Source: Sedimentisphaerales bacterium
GTDB taxonomy: Bacteria > Planctomycetota > Phycisphaerae > Sedimentisphaerales > Anaerobacaceae
Assembly: GCA_040772485.1 (NCBI GenBank)
Contig: JAXGYC010000007.1
Span: 928,001-992,000 of the forward strand
Length of the DNA: 64,000 nt
Direction: 5' to 3'
Shown: positions 46,153 to 53,496 of the stretch, in pieces
How the letters are laid out: each line of letters starts with the position of its first letter
Numbering within the stretch: the first letter of the stretch is position 1
Position numbers and translations under genes: made by a program
Notes under the pieces: model-generated
The model's input: the letters and a program-made list of their open reading frames with translations, nothing else
The model's database searches: none
Told to the model about the DNA's origin: nothing

Positions 46153-46680
46153 ATGGATGAGACCGACTCGCTGTTTGTCACCATCGACAAGGTCATCAGG
46201 CTGTCTCGACTCAAAGAGCTCGAGTTCATCATGAGCAGCGACCAGACCGAGCGGGTCCGCGAGATCCGTGCGGCTCTGCGACGTCTGGAGCCGGGGGCGT
46301 ATCTCATCGGAACCGGGCCATCCACTGTCGGCATCATCACCCTGGACGACCAGGAGATTGTATTGGGCCGGCCTCCAACCGTTCTCGAACCGCCATCCGC
46401 GTCCGCGCCCGACTACTGGGCCACCGACACGCTGTATTTCGTCCCCCGAGAGGTCTCGCGCAAACACGCCCGGATAGCATTGCGGGCCGTCAACGGCGGC
46501 TCCTGCCACGTCCTGCTCGACCTGCACAGCACATGCGGCACCTTTGTCAACGACCGCCAGGTGGACCCCAACGGCACGGGGATCATCCTGAAACACGGCG
46601 ATGTCATCAGCCTCGGCCCTTCGCGTACCAGCACGTACGTCTATTACGAGGCAACGTCAACGGACCTCGACGTGCCATAA
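46153..46680 (+). CDS. FHA domain-containing protein
   Basis: LGR...VSRKHA...DLHSTCGTFVN...LKHGDVISLG. Confidence 0.85.
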   Translation: MDETDSLFVTIDKVIRLSRLKELEFIMSSDQTERVREIRAALRRLEPGAYLIGTGPSTVGIITLDDQEIVLGRPPTVLEPPSASAPDYWATDTLYFVPREVSRKHARIALRAVNGGSCHVLLDLHSTCGTFVNDRQVDPNGTGIILKHGDVISLGPSRTSTYVYYEATSTDLDVP

Positions 46681-46685
46681 GCGGC

Positions 46686-47753
46686 TCACGCACGTTCGTT
46701 CATCTTCTCACGCCACCGACGCTGCACGACGTCTGCGTCTGCGATGTGTTCCTCGTGCGTTCGCAGATCGAACTCCTTGAGTATGTCCGCCACCCGGACA
46801 TCGGGGGAAAGACTCTCGAGGATCGTCCATTCCTCCTCGTGAAACGTGCGGATGGAGACCTTGCGGCCGTACTTGGCCTGGATCTCCGCAAACCGCCGGC
46901 AGAACGGCCACGAGTGCAGAAACGCCTTCTCCAGATTCACCGGCGCGCAAACCCAGTCGGCGTACTGTCCTGTGCCGGCGATGGTCCGACCGTCGATATC
47001 GCAGATCTTGGTCGTGCCTTTCCATGTGCTCGACACGACGCAGAACTTGTTCTCCCACGCCTTCGTGTTGACCATCGAGCCGCCCCCGAAGGCCGAGGGC
47101 CAGAACACCAGCTCGGCGCCTGCTTCCCGCAGCTTTCGCCATCCGTCAGACCACTCGATGTCGAAACAGATCTGCGCGCCGAGCGCGCCGATATCCGTCT
47201 TGAACACGGGCGGCTGGGCCGCACCCGGCGCAATGCCGCTGTCCATCTCGCCTACCGTAGGGTGCATCTTCCGGTACTGGCCCACGTACTGCCCGTGGCG
47301 ATCGATGAAGACCGCCGCGTTGTAATACCGATCGTCCGCGACCGTGTGAATCGGGCAGACGACGTGGCACTTGTGCTTCTCGGCGAACTGGGCGAACGGA
47401 CGCGAGAACGGTCCGATCGGCTCCTCCGAGGATTCCGCCAGGGACGGCTCCGGGCCGGTGAGATTGGCAAAGGGAAACACCTCCGGCAGGCAGACGATGT
47501 CGGGCTCGAACGGCGCCACCTCCTCCATCCGGGCCAGCACCTTCTTCGTCATCTCCTTCGGGTTTTCCGCCCGCAGCCCGTTGAGCGAGAGGCTCGCGAT
47601 CCAAACCTCGCGCGGCAGGCGCTGCGCTTTGGGCGTGCCTCCCATCGGTCCCGATGCTGCCTGCACACGACCGGCCGCCAATCCCAAGCCCAGACCGACC
47701 GATGCCGTCTCGATGAAACGCCTCCGTGTCAAACCTCCTGTATCCTTGCCCAT
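46686..47753 (-). CDS. Tat-exported carbon-nitrogen hydrolase (nitrilase superfamily)
   Basis: TRRRFI Tat motif; E-K-C triad in LPE, YRKMH and QICFD. AAGGAG SD. Confidence 0.9.
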   Translation of the reverse strand: MGKDTGGLTRRRFIETASVGLGLGLAAGRVQAASGPMGGTPKAQRLPREVWIASLSLNGLRAENPKEMTKKVLARMEEVAPFEPDIVCLPEVFPFANLTGPEPSLAESSEEPIGPFSRPFAQFAEKHKCHVVCPIHTVADDRYYNAAVFIDRHGQYVGQYRKMHPTVGEMDSGIAPGAAQPPVFKTDIGALGAQICFDIEWSDGWRKLREAGAELVFWPSAFGGGSMVNTKAWENKFCVVSSTWKGTTKICDIDGRTIAGTGQYADWVCAPVNLEKAFLHSWPFCRRFAEIQAKYGRKVSIRTFHEEEWTILESLSPDVRVADILKEFDLRTHEEHIADADVVQRRWREKMNERA

Positions 47754-47766
47754 TGCCGCTCTCCTT

Positions 47767-49506
47767 CTATCGCAGAAAACCCGGAAGGTACTCGTCGGTG
47801 CCGCCAGCCTCGTCAATCCGACCCTGGTGTTCCGGTCGCAAGCCCTCACGCCCCTCGCGCAAGGCCCGGTAGGAGCCGCTGACGATGCGGTCTTCTTTGC
47901 CTGCGCCCGCGAAGACGCGGATGGCGCTGCGTTGCAGCAACCTCCTGCTCTTGACGTTGATGCCTCGGCAGCGCATCTGGCAGAGGCCGCACCCAACGCA
48001 TCGATCCTGCCGCACTACCGGAGCGAGGTACCCACTGTCTTCGAGAGGCTCGCCCATCTCATCTACCCGGCCGCCAACGCGGACAAACTCGATCGCATTG
48101 TACCCGGCCATACGGCATTCATCCACGCACAGTTGGCATGCTTCTCGACCGGCGTGTGGCAGGCATGTGATCCGATCCACCTCGGCCAGCCCGATCCGCG
48201 CCACCCGCTTTTCCTCGATGTCCAGAGCCCTTACGGCTCCGGTCGGACAGACTTGTCCGCAGTTGTTGCAGCTCGGTTCGCAGCCCGACCAGTCCGGCAC
48301 GACTTGGGGCGTCCACAGACCGTTGAATCCGTATTCGAGTCCGGCCGGCTGGAGCACGTTGTTGGGACAGACTTTGATGCACTGGCCACAGCGGACGCAG
48401 AGCTGGAGGAATTTGTCCTCGGGCACGCTGCCCGGCGGACGAATTGGAGCCTCGGCGCTCGTGCAAGCTCCTCCGGCCGCCAAAGATGCGCCCAGGCCCG
48501 CCACGACAGCACCGCCGAGTCCAGCAAGGACGTTTCGGCGAGAACGAATCGTCTGATCCTCAACTCGATCCACGTTCACGCCGACGTTCTCGCGCTTCCA
48601 TCGCCACGTGAACTCAATCGCCCCTGTGGGACAAACGCCGGCACACGTCCGACAGGACGTGCAGCTCAGTGGGCGGGTGGAGAAATCATCATTGACCGCC
48701 GCGAAGGAGCAGACCTTGACGCAGCGTCCGCACTCCACACACGCACGGGTCACCCTGCGTTCGGTCAACCGCAGGAGAGCACACACAGAAAGGAGCGCCC
48801 CCGTCGGACACAGGTGGTTGCACCAGAACCGCCGACGCAGAAGCCCCAGGCAGAACACCAGCATCAGCAGGGCAATCGAAATCACGTGGCCGACATTGGC
48901 CGGCGGGACAAGGTACCAGCCTTTCGCCAGCCCCATCTGAAAGGGAGCCGCAACAAAGAGCATCGCCCGGGTCAGGACGGGAATCGCCGCAACAAAGCCC
49001 GACAACAGCACGCCAGACCCGGCAGCGATCAGCACAACGGCCAACAGGTAGTACCTCACGCCGCTCCACCACCCCCGTTGCCCGAAAGCAGACGGCCTGC
49101 CCGCCTTGCCGAGGAGCCAATCGAAGACATCGATCAGGGTTCCCAGCGGGCAGACGTATCCGCAGAAAGCCCGAGGCAGCAGCACACCGACAAGAATCAC
49201 ACCGGCCGCGACCGCCAGGGACCACACGAACATTCTCGCGGCGACAGCCGCCGAGACGCTGACCAGAGGATCGAGAATCAGGAACAGCTCGCCGTTCACG
49301 ATCTCCCTGGCGGCGAACGTCTTGGCGTACTCTCGGGTCCCATACGGCCAGCATACCCAGAAGAACAGGGCCATGAAGATGAACAGACAGACGCTCTGCA
49401 CCAGTCGGCGCTCGGGCGACGCCGACCACGTCGGCCCCAGCCTTCCGAGAGCCCGCGCCAGGTACCCGCGCAAACCCCTGTGCGTCCGAAGAAAATCTCT
49501 GTGCAT
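47767..49506 (-). CDS. Membrane polyferredoxin, NapH/MauN-like fused to NapG/MauM-like domain
   Basis: TM helices with FCGYVCP and WCNHLCP; about six ferredoxin-type Cys clusters; IRPPGS...CVRCGQCIKVCP NapG-like start. Confidence 0.88.
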   Translation of the reverse strand: MHRDFLRTHRGLRGYLARALGRLGPTWSASPERRLVQSVCLFIFMALFFWVCWPYGTREYAKTFAAREIVNGELFLILDPLVSVSAAVAARMFVWSLAVAAGVILVGVLLPRAFCGYVCPLGTLIDVFDWLLGKAGRPSAFGQRGWWSGVRYYLLAVVLIAAGSGVLLSGFVAAIPVLTRAMLFVAAPFQMGLAKGWYLVPPANVGHVISIALLMLVFCLGLLRRRFWCNHLCPTGALLSVCALLRLTERRVTRACVECGRCVKVCSFAAVNDDFSTRPLSCTSCRTCAGVCPTGAIEFTWRWKRENVGVNVDRVEDQTIRSRRNVLAGLGGAVVAGLGASLAAGGACTSAEAPIRPPGSVPEDKFLQLCVRCGQCIKVCPNNVLQPAGLEYGFNGLWTPQVVPDWSGCEPSCNNCGQVCPTGAVRALDIEEKRVARIGLAEVDRITCLPHAGREACQLCVDECRMAGYNAIEFVRVGGRVDEMGEPLEDSGYLAPVVRQDRCVGCGLCQMRCRGINVKSRRLLQRSAIRVFAGAGKEDRIVSGSYRALREGREGLRPEHQGRIDEAGGTDEYLPGFLR

Positions 49507-49517
49507 CCGTCGCCCCG

Positions 49518-50690
49518 CTACCGCCCCGCCGTCCTCATGCCGCCGGCGAGCGCCTTGGCCGTGGCATTGATGACAGCCTCCGAGGTCATCGTCGCGCCCG
49601 TGACGGCATCGACGCCTCTGACACCCTGTTTGGCGATGATCTGATTCGGCGTGTCGGTCAGAGCCGAGTAGAACTGCTTCTCCTGGTGGCTCGTGACGCG
49701 AACCGACTGAATTCGGCCGCCCTTGACCGTCACTTCCACGTACAAAGGCCCGGCGTAGGCGATGCTGCTGGCGGTATACGTGCCGTCGGCGACGCGCGCC
49801 ACGTCCAGAGCATCGAACAGCCGAATCGCCTCGATGCTGGCCAGCGCCCGTTCCTTCCCCTTGGCGACGTCGCCTTCGCGACCCTGGGCGTCTCTTCCGT
49901 CGTACGACCTGCGGTAGTACGCCAGCGCCTCCTCGTAACGGCCGGCCAGGCGACAGGCGTCACCGGCCGCCAGGTACGCGACCGTGGGCATGCCGGCGAC
50001 CGCCTTCTGCTGCGCGAGTTTCAGAGCCTTGTCGATCTGCCCCATGTCGGCCCACAGCTTGATCAGAGCGCCGTGGCGCGTATAGTCCTGTGAGACTTGG
50101 GACAGCGCCTCAACGGTCATCTCCCGACAACCCAGCTTCCAGTAGCAGTGCGCCAGGTCAATCGGATCGACGTACTGGCCGTACTTGGCGCTGATCCGCC
50201 ACCAGAACACCGCCCGGGCCCAGTCCTCCAACAGATCATGGAACATCCGGCCGAGCGTTTCCGTCGAGCGCGCCAACTTGGCCCGGTCGTCCTTGTGGCG
50301 GATCATCAGGTGGTTCACCAATTTGATCCCCTCCTTCCAGCGACCAGGATTCGGGTTGATCACATCCCAGATGTACTGCCCCACGTTCTTGTTCGCATCC
50401 CAAGGACCCTCGGCCTTCAAGGGCCAGTCCAGGTCCAGCGTCGGTGGGTACGTCAGCTCAACCGAGTCCCACCAGTCCGGCGCTTCGCTGCCGACCTTCT
50501 GGATCAGGGCCTCGACCTCGGCACGCGTCCGAGTCATTGTCTTGCTGGGAGTCGCATCCTGCGCCGGACAGATGCCGGCAAGCGAAAGGGCCGCAAGGAG
50601 CAGCATCGCAGGAGATATTCCCCACCTCCTGCGCCTCCGTCTGCATGACTGGACCACACCGCCGCAAACACCGTCACTTTGCTGCTTCAT
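49518..50690 (-). CDS. Exported TPR-containing protein with C-terminal FMN-binding (flavinylation) domain
   Basis: Signal-like hydrophobic stretch, TPR-like helices, DGTY...VEVTVKGGRI...VDAVTGATMTS. Start uncertain. Confidence 0.85.
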   Translation of the reverse strand: MKQQSDGVCGGVVQSCRRRRRRWGISPAMLLLAALSLAGICPAQDATPSKTMTRTRAEVEALIQKVGSEAPDWWDSVELTYPPTLDLDWPLKAEGPWDANKNVGQYIWDVINPNPGRWKEGIKLVNHLMIRHKDDRAKLARSTETLGRMFHDLLEDWARAVFWWRISAKYGQYVDPIDLAHCYWKLGCREMTVEALSQVSQDYTRHGALIKLWADMGQIDKALKLAQQKAVAGMPTVAYLAAGDACRLAGRYEEALAYYRRSYDGRDAQGREGDVAKGKERALASIEAIRLFDALDVARVADGTYTASSIAYAGPLYVEVTVKGGRIQSVRVTSHQEKQFYSALTDTPNQIIAKQGVRGVDAVTGATMTSEAVINATAKALAGGMRTAGR

Positions 50691-50753
50691 TCGTCTGCAT
50701 CCCTGTCCTGCCTCGATGATGGGCTGGCTGCCCTGTCACACCATGTCAGGCTA

Positions 50754-52031
50754 TTAGCCGCCAATCGAAATCAAATGCGAGAACGTCCGTAGAAGAAGCC
50801 GACCGTCGGCCACGGCCGGCGTCGCGTGGCTCTTCTCGCCCAATGCATTGACCCCCAGCAGCTTGTACTCCGGCCCGGCCAGGAGCACGACGACGTTGCC
50901 ATCGACCGTCAGGGCATATAGATTCCCGTTGACGCATATGGGCGAGCCATAGAACCGCCCGGCGGGCTTCTCGCTCCACACCACCCGCCCCGTGTCGCTC
51001 ATCAGACACGACACAAGGCCGCTGTCGTGGAATGCGAACAGCATCCCTTTGTAGGCTACGGATGTGGCGACATATGGCACCACTCGGCTCTCAAGACTGT
51101 ACACTTCGGGGGCTCGGAACGACGACCCCTCGCAAGTCGGCCGAACCGCCGCCAGTCGCAATCCCTGCCCGCCTTCTCCACAGGTCCCGATCACCAGGTC
51201 GCCTGCCACGACAGGCGAGCTTACCACGCGGGCCGGCAGTGCGGAGGCAACTTCCCAGAGCACATCCCCCGTCTGCGGATCGACGCCTGCGATGCCGTGG
51301 GCGTTGCTCGTGAAGACAAGCTGCAACCGGCCGGCGGAATCTCCAAAGGTGCAGGGTGTCGAGTACGACGCGTTGACAACTCCGGGCTCTTCACATCGCC
51401 ATTTCACCTCGCCCGTGCGCCGGTCGACAGCCAGCCACTGACTCGTAACGCCATCGCTGTTGGTTTCCTGCTCGTGTGACACAATCACGTGGGAACCGCA
51501 CACGATGGGCGAGCTGCCCTGGCCATGCCGCGTGCGGACTCCCGCCAGCGGCACCGTCCACGCGTGCCCGCCGTCGTGTGTCAGAGCCAACAGCACTGTC
51601 TGCCGGCCATCGGGCCAGAGGACATAGACATGCTCGCCGTCCACCGCCGGCGTCGGGCCGGCATAGCTGTTGAGGTTGGTCAATGGGTATTTCGCAAGGT
51701 CTTGCTCTTGCCGCCATCGTTCTGCGCCATCAGCGCCGCTGACGCAGAGCAGCATGCCTCGTCCCGCCTTCTGGTCCGCGCAGGTGACAAACAGCTTGCC
51801 ATCCCAGGCCACCGGGGACGAATGCCCCGTGCCGGGTAGCTTGATCTTCCAGTGGTAATCCTGCTCGGACCACTTCGTCGGAACGGTCCGGGCATCGCTG
51901 ATCCCCTGACCGTTCGGACCGCGAAAGCGAGGCCAGTTGTCCGCCGTCGCAATCGAGGTAAGGAAGACCCCGCACAGCGTCACGACCCACGCCGGCCTCG
52001 GTTGCCCTGTCCAAATGCTGTCTTTCGCCAT
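50754..52031 (-). CDS. PQQ-binding-like beta-propeller repeat protein (BamB-like)
   Basis: ADNWPRFRGPNGQG, GHSSPV, SSPIV, SYSTP, TGDVLW, ATPAVADG repeats. Confidence 0.9.
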   Translation of the reverse strand: MAKDSIWTGQPRPAWVVTLCGVFLTSIATADNWPRFRGPNGQGISDARTVPTKWSEQDYHWKIKLPGTGHSSPVAWDGKLFVTCADQKAGRGMLLCVSGADGAERWRQEQDLAKYPLTNLNSYAGPTPAVDGEHVYVLWPDGRQTVLLALTHDGGHAWTVPLAGVRTRHGQGSSPIVCGSHVIVSHEQETNSDGVTSQWLAVDRRTGEVKWRCEEPGVVNASYSTPCTFGDSAGRLQLVFTSNAHGIAGVDPQTGDVLWEVASALPARVVSSPVVAGDLVIGTCGEGGQGLRLAAVRPTCEGSSFRAPEVYSLESRVVPYVATSVAYKGMLFAFHDSGLVSCLMSDTGRVVWSEKPAGRFYGSPICVNGNLYALTVDGNVVVLLAGPEYKLLGVNALGEKSHATPAVADGRLLLRTFSHLISIGG

Positions 52032-52196
52032 TGGCCACTCCCTGCCGCATCCTCCGGTTTCCTCCGCTGTGGTAGTTCAGTCTGCCATCCTATCACCTTT
52101 CGCCACAGGTTCAAGGACGATCCTCAGGCGACAGAGAGACACCCTTCTCGGCGGGCGCAGGTTAGGCCATCTGGAATGCCGACATCTTCTCAGCGG

Positions 52197-52859
52197 TCAG
52201 AGGCGGCGGACCAAGCCGACGACGACCCCTTCGATATGGCAGTTGTTTGTGTAGATCGGCTGGTAGTTCGCGTTGGCCGGCTGGAGGCGGACGCAGTGGC
52301 TCTCCTTGTAGAGGCGTTTCAGCGTCGCCTCGCCGTCGTCGACCAGAGCCACGACGAGATCGCCGTTGTCGGCCACGTTCGTGCGTCGGCAGATCACGTA
52401 GTCACCCGGCTGGATGTTCTCCTCGATCATGCTGTCGCCGGAGACCTCCAGAGCGAACAGATCCTCCCCGAGTCCGAAGCAGGTCTCCAGTGAGATCGAT
52501 TCGGTGTTCTCGATGGCCTCGCGCGGCAGTCCGGCCGCGATCCGGCCCACGAGGGGAATTCCCGAGGTCGGCTCGGCGTTTTCGCCCGGCTGGCATCCGT
52601 CGAGGCGGTCAAGCAGGGCGTGCCCGCTGGAAGTCAGCTTCAAAGAGCGTGCCCTGCCCGGCGAGGTCGCGAGCAATCCCTTTCTTTGCAGTTCGCCGAG
52701 GTGCTCGAACACGGTGCTTCGGCTGATGCGCATCTGCGACGCCAGTTCGGCGATCGTCGGGGAATAGCGTTGACTGTCGCAGAAAGAGCCGATGAGTCGG
52801 AGCACTTCGACCTGACGGGGCGTCAGCCCGTCGATGGGTTCTACGTATCGCACCTGCAT
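52197..52859 (-). CDS. lexA: SOS transcriptional repressor LexA
   Basis: LTPRQ...YSPTIAEL wHTH, GRIAAG.P cleavage site, GDSMI (Ser) and ATLKRL (Lys). GGAGG SD. Confidence 0.96.
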   Translation of the reverse strand: MQVRYVEPIDGLTPRQVEVLRLIGSFCDSQRYSPTIAELASQMRISRSTVFEHLGELQRKGLLATSPGRARSLKLTSSGHALLDRLDGCQPGENAEPTSGIPLVGRIAAGLPREAIENTESISLETCFGLGEDLFALEVSGDSMIEENIQPGDYVICRRTNVADNGDLVVALVDDGEATLKRLYKESHCVRLQPANANYQPIYTNNCHIEGVVVGLVRRL

Positions 52860-53103
52860 CCTTGCGTTCCTCCCGGCCCGCCTGCACCGCGCGAGCCGCC
52901 TGCATTGTCCCCTCGGCGGGCCGGCTGCACCGCACCCCCGACACCACGCCCATGATCTCCGCCAGACACGAAAGCACCTTCGTCAGCGCTCCGGCCGAAG
53001 GATCGGGAAACGCCATGTCCGAGGGAGGCCAGGTCGAGAAATACTCGCCGCCCGTCCCGAACTTGCACACCGGGTCGATCCTGCCGTTCCTGTACGCGTC
53101 CAT
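52609..53103 (-). CDS. Hypothetical 164-aa protein overlapping the 5' 251 nt of lexA in another frame
   Basis: GAGGA SD 7 nt before ATG 53103; first ORF after the lexA promoter region; frame stays open to TGA at 52609. Confidence 0.5.
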   Translation of the reverse strand: MDAYRNGRIDPVCKFGTGGEYFSTWPPSDMAFPDPSAGALTKVLSCLAEIMGVVSGVRCSRPAEGTMQAARAVQAGREERKDAGAIRRTHRRADAPSGRSAPTHRLFLRQSTLFPDDRRTGVADAHQPKHRVRAPRRTAKKGIARDLAGQGTLFEADFQRARPA

Positions 53104-53181
53104 CCGTGAATCCTCACAAACACGCGATTCCGTTCCATTTCGTTCTTCGTTATGCTCTATCGACCATACCGCTCGGAAAAC

Positions 53182-53199
53182 CCAAACAAAAACCGAACA
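53182..53199 (-). promoter_or_regulatory. Candidate LexA operator: 11-bp-period direct repeat CCAAACA-AAAA-CCGAACA
   Basis: Reads GTTC-N7-GTTT on the coding strand and overlaps the putative -35 of the lexA unit (-10 TATGGT). Confidence 0.45.
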
Positions 53200-53393
53200 G
53201 AACCCGTGCAATCTCCGAACTTTCTTCTTTGCCCCGTCCGGCCCTGCGCCGGCCCGCACAATATAGGACTGGGGCGGCAGAATTCAGTGGAACCAACCGA
53301 TGAAATCCGCCGGGAGGGTCTGCGAGACCACACTGCGAGGCCCATCCGCGCCTCAGATGGACTCCAGCCGTTGAACGCCGCTGCCGGCATGAA

Positions 53394-53432
53394 CAAAGGG
53401 CAGGACAGCATCGCGCTGCCCTGCCCCTTTTG
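53394..53432 (-). terminator. Rho-independent terminator (possibly bidirectional)
   Basis: CAAAGGGCAGGACAGC...GCTGCCCTGCCCCTTTTG. Confidence 0.8.
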
Positions 53433-53496
53433 TGTCTCCTGTTTGCGCGCCTTGAGGCGTCTGCCCTCGACGAGTGGGCGAGGTTTCTGCAACGAC

